Positions 28,508-37,954 of a DNA stretch of 64,000 bases are shown piece by piece. The stretch lies in NCBI GenBank assembly GCA_965228735.1, contig OZ245838.1, positions 5,088,001 through 5,152,000 on the forward strand, written 5' to 3'. Every line of letters starts with the position of its first letter. The stretch's first letter is position 1. A model generated the notes under the pieces. It had not been told where the DNA came from, did no database searches, and was given only the letters and a program-made list of their open reading frames with translations. A program made the translations under genes and the position numbers. The stretch comes from Planctomycetota bacterium. GTDB lineage: Bacteria > Planctomycetota > UBA1135 > UBA2386.

Positions 28508-29713
28508 ATGCGGCGCGGGTTCCTCTCGATGGCCGGCTGTGCGCTGCTCGGCGCCTGCTCGGTCGGCATGCCCGACGTGCCGCTCCGGCGGTTCGTCGCC
28601 GGCGATATCGAGAGCGTGCGCACCGTGCTCGAGGGCGAGCTGCAGAACGGCTACCCCGAGAACGAGGCCCTCGTGCGCAACATCCTCGGGCAGTGCGAGC
28701 TGCTGCTCGGCGACCTCGACGCGGCATTCCGCCACTTCGGGACCGCGGGTCGCATCATGGGCAACTGGTCGACGAGCGGCGGCGAGGAGTTCGCCGCGAT
28801 CGTCGGCAGCGAGGGCAGCAAGAACTACCGCGGCGATCCCTACGAGAAGGGGATGAACGCGTTCTATCTGGCCCTCACCTACCTGTGGCGCGGCGAGTCG
28901 GACAACGCGCGCGCGGCGCTCAAGCGCGGCATCCTCGCGGACGCCGAAGTGGCCGATGAGAAGTATCAGGCCGACAACCCGCTGCTGTTCTGGATGGCCG
29001 GTCGCATGAGTCTGCTCATGGGCCTCGAGGACGACGCCACGGGCTTCTTCGACGAGGCGCGAACGGCCGACGAGTTCGCAGCGCAGCACGGTTCGCGCAG
29101 CGACACGCAGGACGAGGTGATCGGCGCGCCGGAGAGCGGCAACGTCGTGCTCCTGTTCGAGTGCGGACTCGGCCCCGAGAAGATCGCGGCGGGCAGGATG
29201 GGCGAGCTCGCGCGGTTTCGTTCCGTCTACCACCCGGCGCAGCGCGCGCGCGTGACGCTCGACGGCGAAGAGCTCGGCACCTCCGTCGTGCTCTGCGACC
29301 TCGACTATCAGGCGACGACGCTCGGCGGCACCGCGATGGAGGGCATCCGCAAGGGCAAGGCCGTCTTCAAGACGGGCGCGCTCGTCAGCGGCGCGACGCT
29401 GCTGCGCGCGAGCTCCCGGATGCGGGGCGACAAGGCCCGCACCGCGGCGATCGTCGGCGGTGGGCTGCTCGCGCTGTCGTTCCTGACGCGCAGCGAGGCG
29501 GACACGCGGCACTGGCCGACGCTGCCCGGCTCCGTCCAGGTCCTGTGCGCCGACATCGAGCCCGGCGCGCACGACCTCGTCATCGATTTCCTCGACGGCT
29601 CCGGCCGCGCGCTGCCGGACCTCCAGCAGCGCTTCGCGATCGACGTCCCGACGGACGGCGAGAGCTGGTTCCTGTTCCGTTCGTTGCCCGGCCTCGACCG
29701 GATCGCCTCCTGA
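28508..29713 (+). CDS. TPR-like lipoprotein (COG3014-like)
   Basis: Lipobox LGAC; YRGDPYEK...YLALTY; ADTRHWPTLP. Confidence 0.75.
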   Translation: MRRGFLSMAGCALLGACSVGMPDVPLRRFVAGDIESVRTVLEGELQNGYPENEALVRNILGQCELLLGDLDAAFRHFGTAGRIMGNWSTSGGEEFAAIVGSEGSKNYRGDPYEKGMNAFYLALTYLWRGESDNARAALKRGILADAEVADEKYQADNPLLFWMAGRMSLLMGLEDDATGFFDEARTADEFAAQHGSRSDTQDEVIGAPESGNVVLLFECGLGPEKIAAGRMGELARFRSVYHPAQRARVTLDGEELGTSVVLCDLDYQATTLGGTAMEGIRKGKAVFKTGALVSGATLLRASSRMRGDKARTAAIVGGGLLALSFLTRSEADTRHWPTLPGSVQVLCADIEPGAHDLVIDFLDGSGRALPDLQQRFAIDVPTDGESWFLFRSLPGLDRIAS

Positions 29714-29722
29714 GACAACCCT

Positions 29723-30127
29723 ATGAAGAACCGACTCGCATCGACCCTGTCCCTCGGCCTGCTGCTCGGGCTGTCCGCCTGCGCCGCGCGGCCGTACCCG
29801 GCCTACGCGATCGAGAACGACGCCGAGGCGGTATCCAACGTCGTCGTCAGCGACGGCTCGCTGCAGGACGTCGTGCGCATCGGGCGCGACCTCGTCGAGC
29901 GCAAGAACGACGGCCTGAAGGTCATCGTGCCGGTGCGCAACATCGACAGCGAGGGCATCGAGGTGCTCGCGCAGATCAGCTTCCTCGACGTCGACCGCCG
30001 CCCCGTCGGTGACACGTCCAACCGCCGCGTCGTGCTCATCGGTGCGGGGAGCACGGTCGACATGGAGTGGTTCTCGCTGCGCGAGGAAGCGGCGGACTAC
30101 ACGTTGCGGTTGTCGTGGAACAAGTGA
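29723..30127 (+). CDS. YcfL/DUF1425-like lipoprotein
   Basis: Lipobox LSAC; small beta-sandwich pattern; context with LpoB-like and COG3014-like genes. Confidence 0.65.
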   Translation: MKNRLASTLSLGLLLGLSACAARPYPAYAIENDAEAVSNVVVSDGSLQDVVRIGRDLVERKNDGLKVIVPVRNIDSEGIEVLAQISFLDVDRRPVGDTSNRRVVLIGAGSTVDMEWFSLREEAADYTLRLSWNK

Positions 30128-30134
30128 GGCGATC

Positions 30135-30662
30135 ATGGTGACGACGAAGACGACGTTCCTGTTGCTGGGTCTCGTGCTGCCGTTCGCGGCGTGCGTGGGA
30201 CCGTCGTATGCCGAGCGCGGGGATCCCGTCCCGCCGGCCGCGCCGCAGAAGGTGCGCGTCGAGCGTGGCTCCGACCTGCCACCGGCGAACGAGGCCGCGA
30301 CCGAGGCGTGGCTCACGGACCAGATCGAGAAGGCGCCGAAGGTCGAGGAGCCCGAGCGGCCGGAGTTGCCGCCGCTGCGGGATCCGTTCGATGGCCCCGA
30401 TTCCCGGGATCGCTGGGACGAGTTCGGCTACGAGGCCGACTACGGGCCGTATCGCGACCACTACTACCGGCCGGTCTACGGGCGCACGGGCTACTACGAT
30501 CCCTACGGTTACTACGGCCGCCCCTACCGCCGGTCGACGTTCCCGATCAACACCGCGATCGGCGCGGGCGTCGGCGCGATCATTGGCCACCAGCAGGGCC
30601 GGCGCGGCCGCGGCGCGCTGATCGGCGGCGGCATCGGCTTGCTGTTCGACTCGCTGCGCTGA
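30135..30662 (+). CDS. Lipoprotein with C-terminal glycine zipper
   Basis: Lipobox FAAC; Tyr/Arg-rich segment; AIGAGVGAIIG...GALIGGGIG. Confidence 0.75.
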   Translation: MVTTKTTFLLLGLVLPFAACVGPSYAERGDPVPPAAPQKVRVERGSDLPPANEAATEAWLTDQIEKAPKVEEPERPELPPLRDPFDGPDSRDRWDEFGYEADYGPYRDHYYRPVYGRTGYYDPYGYYGRPYRRSTFPINTAIGAGVGAIIGHQQGRRGRGALIGGGIGLLFDSLR

Positions 30663-30713
30663 CCGTTCCGCGGTCGAGTTGGTTCCAGGAAGACCCCCTG
30701 CTAGCCTGCGGCG

Positions 30714-31958
30714 GTGAGCAATCCGACCGTCGCCAACTTCGCCGTCCGCGGGCATCTGATCGACTCCGGCCTGCTGTCGGACGCGCTCGAGGCCGTGCAG
30801 GCCGCGGGCGCCACGTATCGCATCGTGCGTCTCGAGATCGGCACCGCGCGCGCCGACGAGAGCGAGCTCGAGCTCGAGGTCACGGCGCCGGACGGCCGCG
30901 TGTTCGAGCGCGCGTGTGACGATCTGATGTCACTGGGTCTGAGCGAGACCGCGACGCAGGACGCCGTGCTCCAGGAGGTCGAGAAGGACGGCGTGGCGCC
31001 ACAAGGCTTCTACTCGACGACCAACATCGCCACCGAGGTGCGGATGAAAGGGTCGTGGGTGGCGGTCGCCGATCAGCGCATGGATGCGACCGTGGTCGTC
31101 GACGAAGCGGCCAGGACGGCGCGCTGCGTCAAGCTGCGCGACCTCGTCACCGGGCAGCGCGTCGTGGCCGGTCACGCTGGCGTGCGCCTGACGCCGCAGA
31201 CGTCGCGCAAGCTGCAGGAGAACAAGTTCGGGTTCATGCAGAGCGAGGCGAGCTCCGAACGGCGCCTGCCCGCGCAGGTCGCCGAGGTCGTCGAGGCCTG
31301 GCGCCGCGTGCAGCAGGAGGGTCGCAAGGTCATTCTCGTCGCGGGCCCGGTCGTCGTGCACGTCGGCGCCGCCCCAGTGCTCGCCGCGATCCTGCGCGCG
31401 GGGCTCGTCGACGGCCTGCTGAGCGGCAACGCGCTCGCCGTCCACGACATCGAGGCGGCCTATTTCGGCACGAGCCTCGGCATCGACCTCGAGACGGGCG
31501 CGCCGGCCGTGCACGGTCACATGCATCACATGCGCGCGATCAACCGCATCCGGCGCGAGGGCAGCATCGCCAACGCGGTGCAGAACGGTGAGCTCACGAC
31601 GGGCGTCATGCACGCCGCCGTCGAGGCCGAGGTGCCGTTCTGCCTCGCGGGGTCGATCCGCGACGACGGGCCGTTGCCCGACACCGAGATGGACCTGATC
31701 AAGGCGCAGGCCGAATACGCGAAGATCGTCGAGAACGCGGGCCTCGTCGTGATCCTGAGCACGATGCTGCACGGCATCGGCACGGGGAACATGATCCCGG
31801 CCGACGTGATGACGGTGTGCGTCGACATCCACCCGGCGGTCGTGAGCAAGCTCAGCGATCGCGGCTCGGCGCAGAGCAAGGGCATCGTGACGGATGTCGG
31901 CGCGTTCCTGCTCGAGGTCAGCAGGCAGCTCGGCGTCGAGGTGCCCGAGCGGAAGTAG
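30714..31958 (+). CDS. LOR/SDH bifunctional-enzyme conserved-domain protein (TIGR00300 type, putative ornithine cyclodeaminase)
   Basis: GHLIDSG, DGVAPQGFYSTTN, QRMD, GNALAVHDIE, LAGSIRDDGPLP, TMLHGIGTGN, KLSDRGS. Confidence 0.9.
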   Translation: MSNPTVANFAVRGHLIDSGLLSDALEAVQAAGATYRIVRLEIGTARADESELELEVTAPDGRVFERACDDLMSLGLSETATQDAVLQEVEKDGVAPQGFYSTTNIATEVRMKGSWVAVADQRMDATVVVDEAARTARCVKLRDLVTGQRVVAGHAGVRLTPQTSRKLQENKFGFMQSEASSERRLPAQVAEVVEAWRRVQQEGRKVILVAGPVVVHVGAAPVLAAILRAGLVDGLLSGNALAVHDIEAAYFGTSLGIDLETGAPAVHGHMHHMRAINRIRREGSIANAVQNGELTTGVMHAAVEAEVPFCLAGSIRDDGPLPDTEMDLIKAQAEYAKIVENAGLVVILSTMLHGIGTGNMIPADVMTVCVDIHPAVVSKLSDRGSAQSKGIVTDVGAFLLEVSRQLGVEVPERK

Positions 31959-32033
31959 CTCACCGAGAACGGTTTGAGATAGTCCAGGCGGGGCTCGAGT
32001 CGGGCCCGGGTGGTGGTCGATAGGCCCCATACC

Positions 32034-33191
32034 ATGGGACTCAGGACCGCCCTCGCCATTGCCGCTGCCTTTGCCGCCGCGGCTGCCGCCGCTTCGACCA
32101 CGTTGCCGGCCCAAGACCCCGGGCGTGATCCTGCTGGCCGCTCGCGGCCCGATCCCGCGGCGCTCCGCCGCTTGCTGCCGCAGTCGAACATCGTGCTCGC
32201 GGACGCGACGGATCCCGTGCCGCTGCGCGCGTTCGGGCTCGGCGATGGTGGTCTGAAGAACGCGCGCGTCACCGGTGCGCTGCGCTGGGCCGACGGTGGC
32301 TGTGTGACACCGGCGGGCATCCGCATCGAGTGCCTGCGCGCGGGCGTGAAGCTCACGTTTCCGACCGGCCGCGAGCTGCTGTTCGCGCCCGACGGCGCGT
32401 TGCATCTGCGCGACGGCACCGCGGGCGGCCCGTTCCCCAAGGGCGTCGAGCTGCGGCTCGGCGACGGCACGAGCGTGCGCGTGAAGCTGTCGCAGGCGCA
32501 GCGCATTCGCGTTCGCGACGTCGTCGTAGAGCACGGCCGGCGCGCGCTGCGGCCGTACCGCAAGGGCAAGCTCGTGCGCGAGATCGCGCGCCCCGGGTTC
32601 TGGGGCGGCCCGCGCGTATGTTGCTGCGGCGACGGCGGCGAACTCTACCGCGCGATCGCGCTCGGCCCGCTCGTGACCCTCGATCGCGTGCTCGTGCCGC
32701 AGGACCGGCTCGAGGACGCGCCGTCCGAACGCCTCGTCGTGCTCACGCGACCGCTGCTCGACGCGCTGTCGGAGCTGACGCGCCGGCACCGCACGCCCGA
32801 GCCCGACGTGAAGCGCGCCGTCGCCGCCGTGAACGCGACGGTGCAGCGTGGCCAGCACATCTTCCCGTCGGGGAAGAAGCTGCGGCGGGCCGAACACGAC
32901 AACCTCCGGTGGCTGCTGCGCGGCGGCTTCGAGCTCGAGCTCGCGCTCGACGGCCCGCGCGCGCCGCGACTCGCCCTGTTCGCCGGCCGTTCGATCCGCC
33001 CGATGGTCGAATGGTCGCTCGGCATCAACTCCGCGGTGTTCCTCAACAACCCGCGCAGCGACCAGCCCGGGGCCTCCCGCTGGCGCGGCAACGGCGTCGC
33101 GCTGCCGCGGACGGTGCTCGACCTGCAGCCCCGCGACGTGCTCTTCGAACGCCAGCTCGCCCTGGCGCTGATTCGCCGCCTGCGCGACTGA
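32034..33191 (+). CDS. Secreted hypothetical protein
   Basis: Ala-rich signal peptide ending LPA|Q; coding-like codon usage. Confidence 0.65.
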   Translation: MGLRTALAIAAAFAAAAAAASTTLPAQDPGRDPAGRSRPDPAALRRLLPQSNIVLADATDPVPLRAFGLGDGGLKNARVTGALRWADGGCVTPAGIRIECLRAGVKLTFPTGRELLFAPDGALHLRDGTAGGPFPKGVELRLGDGTSVRVKLSQAQRIRVRDVVVEHGRRALRPYRKGKLVREIARPGFWGGPRVCCCGDGGELYRAIALGPLVTLDRVLVPQDRLEDAPSERLVVLTRPLLDALSELTRRHRTPEPDVKRAVAAVNATVQRGQHIFPSGKKLRRAEHDNLRWLLRGGFELELALDGPRAPRLALFAGRSIRPMVEWSLGINSAVFLNNPRSDQPGASRWRGNGVALPRTVLDLQPRDVLFERQLALALIRRLRD

Positions 33192-33206
33192 GGCTGCGAA
33201 GGAGCT

Positions 33207-34652
33207 TCAGAGCAGGCTCGGCACCAGGACGGTCGCCGCGATCGTCACGAGTGCCACCGAGACCAGGTTGAACACGATGCCGGCGCGAGCCATCTGTGGA
33301 ATCGTCACGTAGCCGGACGCGAAGACGATCGCGTTGGGCGGTGTCGCGACCGGCAGCATGAATGCCATGGAAACCGCGAGTGCCGCGGTCGCCATCAGCT
33401 GGAGCGGTTCGATTCCGAGCCCGGCGGCGGCGCCCGCCATGATCGGCATCGCCATCGTCGCCGTGGCAACGTTGCTCGTGACCTCGGTGAGGAAGACGAA
33501 CAGCAGCGCGATCGCGCCGAAGATCAGCCACGTCGGCAGCGCGTCGAACGTCGCGACGGCGCCGCCGATCCACTGCGCGAGTCCGGTCTCCGACATCGCG
33601 CGCGCCAGCGAGAGTCCGCCGCCGAACAACACCAGGATGCCCCACGGCACCTTGTTCGCGGTCGGCCAGTCCAGTGCGAATCGCCCGGCCTTCCAGCTCG
33701 TCGGGGTCACGAAGAGCAGCAGCGCGGCGCCCATCGCGATCGTCGAGTCCTTGACCCACGGCGCGAACGTCTGGATGCCGGGGATCGTCACGCCACCGAT
33801 CGCCTTGGGCGCCCGCAGGATCCAGGCCAGCGCCGTGAGGACGAAGACCACGGCGACGACGACCTCCTGGGCCGACATCGGGCCGAGATCGCGACGTTCG
33901 CGCTCGAGCAGCGCGGCGGCGTCCCCGCGGAGCTTTCCCGGGGGATACAGCCAGCGCGTCAGCAGCAGCCACCCGAGCGGCAGGAAGACGAGGGCGACGG
34001 GAACACCGACCATCATCCAGTCGACGAAACCGATCGACCGCCCGAGGATCTCACCCACCGCGGCCGCGAGCACGGCGTTCGGTGGCGTGCCGATGAGCGT
34101 CGTGACGCCGCCGATGGTCGAGGCGTAGGCGATGCCCAGCATCATGCACACACCGAACTCGAATCGGCCGTGCTGATCCTGGGGTTGGAACAACAGCGCG
34201 ATCGCCATCGCGATCGGGTACATCATCGCCGTCGTTGCGGTGTTGGAGATCCACATCGACAGGAATGCGCTGGCGATCATGAACCCGAGCACGAGTCGCG
34301 TCGGCTGGGTTCCGACGGCACCCACGATCGCGAGCGCGATGCGGCGATGCAGTCCGCTGTGTTCCATCGCGACCGCGATCAGGAACCCGCCCAGCGACAG
34401 GAACACGATGTCGTTGGCGTAGGGCGCGGCCGCGTCCGGCATCGGCAGGATGCCGAGCGTCGGCAGGAGCACGAGCGGCAGCCATGCCGTCGCGCTGATC
34501 GGGATCGCCTCCGTCGTCCAGAAGATCGCCATGAGCGCCACGACGGCCGCGGTGCGCCAACCCGCCGGCGTCAGGCCTTCGGGCCCGGGTGCGAGCAGGA
34601 TCACGGCAAACGTGAGGACGCCACCGAGGAGTCCGATGCGCGCTTTGGTCAC
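33207..34652 (-). CDS. DASS/SLC13 family sodium-coupled anion symporter
   Basis: Many TMs; SMWISNTAT, TLIGTPPN, TEVTSNVA, FMLPVATPPNA. Confidence 0.93.
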   Translation of the reverse strand: MTKARIGLLGGVLTFAVILLAPGPEGLTPAGWRTAAVVALMAIFWTTEAIPISATAWLPLVLLPTLGILPMPDAAAPYANDIVFLSLGGFLIAVAMEHSGLHRRIALAIVGAVGTQPTRLVLGFMIASAFLSMWISNTATTAMMYPIAMAIALLFQPQDQHGRFEFGVCMMLGIAYASTIGGVTTLIGTPPNAVLAAAVGEILGRSIGFVDWMMVGVPVALVFLPLGWLLLTRWLYPPGKLRGDAAALLERERRDLGPMSAQEVVVAVVFVLTALAWILRAPKAIGGVTIPGIQTFAPWVKDSTIAMGAALLLFVTPTSWKAGRFALDWPTANKVPWGILVLFGGGLSLARAMSETGLAQWIGGAVATFDALPTWLIFGAIALLFVFLTEVTSNVATATMAMPIMAGAAAGLGIEPLQLMATAALAVSMAFMLPVATPPNAIVFASGYVTIPQMARAGIVFNLVSVALVTIAATVLVPSLL

Positions 34653-34709
34653 GGCGTGACGATGACGCATCCGGCCGCGGGAATCCACGACGCCGGTCCT
34701 CGCGTGCGC

Positions 34710-35077
34710 CTACAGCCGTTCGAGGTCATCTGGCGCGATCGTCCGTTCGTCCTCGACGGCCCCGGTGTTGCGGGTCTGCCGGGTTCGAACATGAGCACGT
34801 TCGCGGTCTCGGTGATCGCGACCGGCTTGTGTTCGACGCCGCGCGGCACGATCAGTAGTTCGCCGGGGCCCAGCTCGACGACCCGGTCGCGCAGGTGGAT
34901 TTCGATGCGGCCGTCCACGACGAGGAACAGCTCGTCCTCGTCGTCGTGGTGATGCCACACGAACTCGCCTGCGAACCTGGCGAGCTTGACGAGCTGGCCG
35001 TTGAGCTCGCCCACGACCTTCGGCGTCCAGGTCTCGTCGAACGAGGCGAACGCCTGCCGCAGGTTGACCTTCTGCAT
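34710..35077 (-). pseudogene. Cupin domain protein with a 1-nt frameshift near 34780 (or a sequencing error)
   Basis: GEFVWHHH...DELF...VPRGVEH...LMFEP in one frame; the expected tail TRNTGAVEDERT...LERL* in another frame. Confidence 0.8.
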
Positions 35078-35112
35078 GGCATCCGAGCTTAGCCCGGATG
35101 CCGGTCGCGATG

Positions 35113-36099
35113 TCACTTGCTGCGACGGCGCATCACCGCGGCCTTGGCCTGCGGCGAACGATGCTCGGCGAGCGCCGCGGCAACGCCCGCGTCCTTGCCC
35201 ATGATCTTGTCGAGGCGCAGCAGCAGCGCGAGCGCGGCCTCGGTGTTGGTCGCACCGATCGCGCGCAGCACGGCCGCGCGGTCCGCGTCGTTGCGCAGGT
35301 TGGGCAGGCGGCGCTCGAGCACCGTGGACGCTTCCTCGCCGTGCAGCACGCGGGCGATGCGGCCGACGCAGCGCGCGTAGCGCGGGTCGGACACGGGGCC
35401 GAGCGATACGGCGAGCGTGTCGACGAGGCCTTCGAGCTGCTGCTCGGCGCACAGCTGCGCGAGCGCGATCTTGTAGTCGATGTCGGCCGTTTCGCCGGTC
35501 GTGCGACCGAGGATCTGGCTCCACCGTGTGGCCGCGATGGCCTGCCGCAGGTGCGGCCGTTCGGCCAGCAGGTGCGCGGCTTCGGTGCGCACGCTCGCGT
35601 CACCACGAACGGCGATCGTCGCGAGTTCGTCGGCGGTCCTGGCAGCAGACGCGCCGGCCTTGCCGCGCGCGATCACCGCGGCGAACCCGACGATCGGGCT
35701 GTTCTCCGGCTTGCCGAGCACGAGCGGGTTGCTGTCGCTGTGGCCGACCATCTTGTAGTACGGCCCCGCGCTCGCCGGCAGACCGAGGCGTTCGGCCGTG
35801 ACGCTCGCGCTCTTCAGGCAGTAGAGCCGCGATTGCCGCGGGCTCGGCCGTTGGTGCAGGCTGAGCTTGGGCCAGTCGATCACCGTGACGGCCGCGTTGC
35901 CGTTGCTGCCGAACACGTCCTGGATGATCTGCACGCGGTGCAGCGCGACGTGCTCGTTGTGCGGCTTCTTGCCGACCTGGCGCGCGACGGCGACGAGGTC
36001 CGCGGAGTTGATGCCGTTGCGCAAGCCCTGCGCGGCGAGCTCGCTCGCACCCAGGGCCACGGCCGTGGCGAAGAGAGTTCCTTGGATCGAGTGACGCAT
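35113..36099 (-). CDS. Secreted hypothetical protein with HEAT-like repeats
   Basis: Signal peptide; VRTEAAHLLA, RAAVLRAIG helical repeats. Confidence 0.65.
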   Translation of the reverse strand: MRHSIQGTLFATAVALGASELAAQGLRNGINSADLVAVARQVGKKPHNEHVALHRVQIIQDVFGSNGNAAVTVIDWPKLSLHQRPSPRQSRLYCLKSASVTAERLGLPASAGPYYKMVGHSDSNPLVLGKPENSPIVGFAAVIARGKAGASAARTADELATIAVRGDASVRTEAAHLLAERPHLRQAIAATRWSQILGRTTGETADIDYKIALAQLCAEQQLEGLVDTLAVSLGPVSDPRYARCVGRIARVLHGEEASTVLERRLPNLRNDADRAAVLRAIGATNTEAALALLLRLDKIMGKDAGVAAALAEHRSPQAKAAVMRRRSK

Positions 36100-36100
36100 A

Positions 36101-37945
36101 TCAGTTGCCGTAGAAGACCTGCTCACGCAGGTACGCGAGGTTGAGGGAATTGAACGTCGACGAGCTGTTGACCGTCGAGCTGTAGGTCAGCGATGGACTC
36201 ATGACGTTGGTCGCGCCCGCCGGGAAGAGGCTCGTGTTGCGGATGTGGCCGTCCGCGGAGCCGGGAAAGCTGGTGGAGTCGTTGCCGTAGAGGCCCGTCG
36301 GCATCGCGCCGTTCTCGACGAGCCCCATGGAGTGGCCGGCCTCGTGCGCGAGGACGACGGCCGTGAAGCGCGCGAAGTCCTGGATCGCGGCGTTGATGAG
36401 CGTCGCGCGGCCGTCGCTCAGGGTGCCGTCGATCCGGTTGCCATCGAGCGTGTCGCTGCCGATCGGCGCGTTGCCGCGGGTGGGAGCGAACGTGTCGTAC
36501 GTCGTGCGGAATGCGGACGCGCCCGGCTGGTTGAGCCCGGAAGCGACCATCGTGTGCAGGAAGATGCCGAGCCGCGTGCTGCCCTGGAACGTCGTCAGCG
36601 TGTTGTCGTCCTGGGTCGTGTTGGACGGGTCGAAGATCGCGATTCCGAGGATGCCCGAGTTGCCCGTCGAATCCGCCGAGCCGCAGATGCTGATCAGCGA
36701 GTAGCCGAACGACGAGTACGGCACGCTCGAGCCGCTGATCGTGCCCGCCGGTTGGGCGAGCGTGAACGAGATGTTGGCGCCGGCGAACAGCGTCGCGAGG
36801 TCGCTGAGCAGCGCCGTCTTGTAGGCGTCGATCACCGCGTCCGTGATGTTGCCGGTGAACGGCGGGGTCTGGGCCACCGGGGAGGCGGTGATGAGGCCGA
36901 GCACGCGCAGGATCTCGATGAAGTCCGCCGTGCCGCTCGCGCCGGCGTTGACGGCGACGGTGACGGTGCCGCCCGACTCGGTGTCCGTGTAGGACTCGAT
37001 GTCGCGGTCGAAGTCGAGATACCAGACCTGGCTCGGGTTGGAGTTGGTCTCGAACGGCCGCAGGTTGTCATTGAAGTCGCGCGCCTGCGCGGTGAACGAC
37101 GCCGGGGTCGATGCGAGTCCGGACGTGTCGATGACCGTGCAGGACAGCGTGAACGCGGTCGCCGGGAACACCACGGTGCTCGGCACCGTGAAGCTCGCCG
37201 TCGTCGCGTTGCTGCTCGCGAGCGTGAGCTGCGATGTGAGGTTGGTGCCCGCCGAGGCGGAGCCGCCGGTCGTCGTCACCACGACGTCCGTCGTGATGAC
37301 CGTGGCGCTCGCGTCGACGCCCGTGTTGTCGGCGAACGTCAGATCGATCGTCCAGCCGCTGCGCGGGACCTGCAACGTGCCGCCAGCGGTGCCCGTGCCG
37401 TTGAGCTCGCCGTCGACGGCCGCGATGGTCACGTTCGACAGCGTCGGCGCCGCGCCGTCGCTCGTGCCGATCGTCACAGGAGTCGACGCCGTGCCGAGCT
37501 GACCCGTCGTGTTCTCGATCGCATCGTTGTCGGCCGACAGCGTGATCGTCGTCGTGCCGATCGTGAACGTGACGCCGGTGCCGAGTTCGATCTGCAGCCC
37601 GCGCGCGCTCACGACCGTGACGTTCGAGAACGCGCCGAGGGAGCCGCTGCTGGACAGCGTGAAGTCGGCGTCACCCAGCGACGCGCCAGAACGCAGCTGG
37701 ATGTCGGCCGAGAACGTGAGCAGCAGGGTGTCGCCGACCTGCGGCGACGAGTTGCCGCTCGTGTAGGCTGCCGCGACGATCGTCGGTCCGGCGGCGGCAG
37801 GCCCGCCGCCACCGCCGCCGCTGCTGCAGCCGGGCGCGAAGACGAAGAGCGGGAGCAGCGCGGCGGCGATGGCAAAGGTGAGCGCATGCCGCCGTCGGTT
37901 CCGGGGCGGAAAGACCTGCGGTGATGGGGGGTTCGTTCCGATCAT
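36101..37945 (-). CDS. Lipoprotein with Ig-like domains and a C-terminal zincin metalloprotease-like domain
   Basis: Lipobox APGC plus poly-Gly; Thr/Ser-rich beta domains; HEAGHSMGL and NVMSP Met-turn-like motif; start approximate. Confidence 0.78.
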   Translation of the reverse strand: MIGTNPPSPQVFPPRNRRRHALTFAIAAALLPLFVFAPGCSSGGGGGGPAAAGPTIVAAAYTSGNSSPQVGDTLLLTFSADIQLRSGASLGDADFTLSSSGSLGAFSNVTVVSARGLQIELGTGVTFTIGTTTITLSADNDAIENTTGQLGTASTPVTIGTSDGAAPTLSNVTIAAVDGELNGTGTAGGTLQVPRSGWTIDLTFADNTGVDASATVITTDVVVTTTGGSASAGTNLTSQLTLASSNATTASFTVPSTVVFPATAFTLSCTVIDTSGLASTPASFTAQARDFNDNLRPFETNSNPSQVWYLDFDRDIESYTDTESGGTVTVAVNAGASGTADFIEILRVLGLITASPVAQTPPFTGNITDAVIDAYKTALLSDLATLFAGANISFTLAQPAGTISGSSVPYSSFGYSLISICGSADSTGNSGILGIAIFDPSNTTQDDNTLTTFQGSTRLGIFLHTMVASGLNQPGASAFRTTYDTFAPTRGNAPIGSDTLDGNRIDGTLSDGRATLINAAIQDFARFTAVVLAHEAGHSMGLVENGAMPTGLYGNDSTSFPGSADGHIRNTSLFPAGATNVMSPSLTYSSTVNSSSTFNSLNLAYLREQVFYGN

Positions 37946-37954
37946 CAGTAGACC

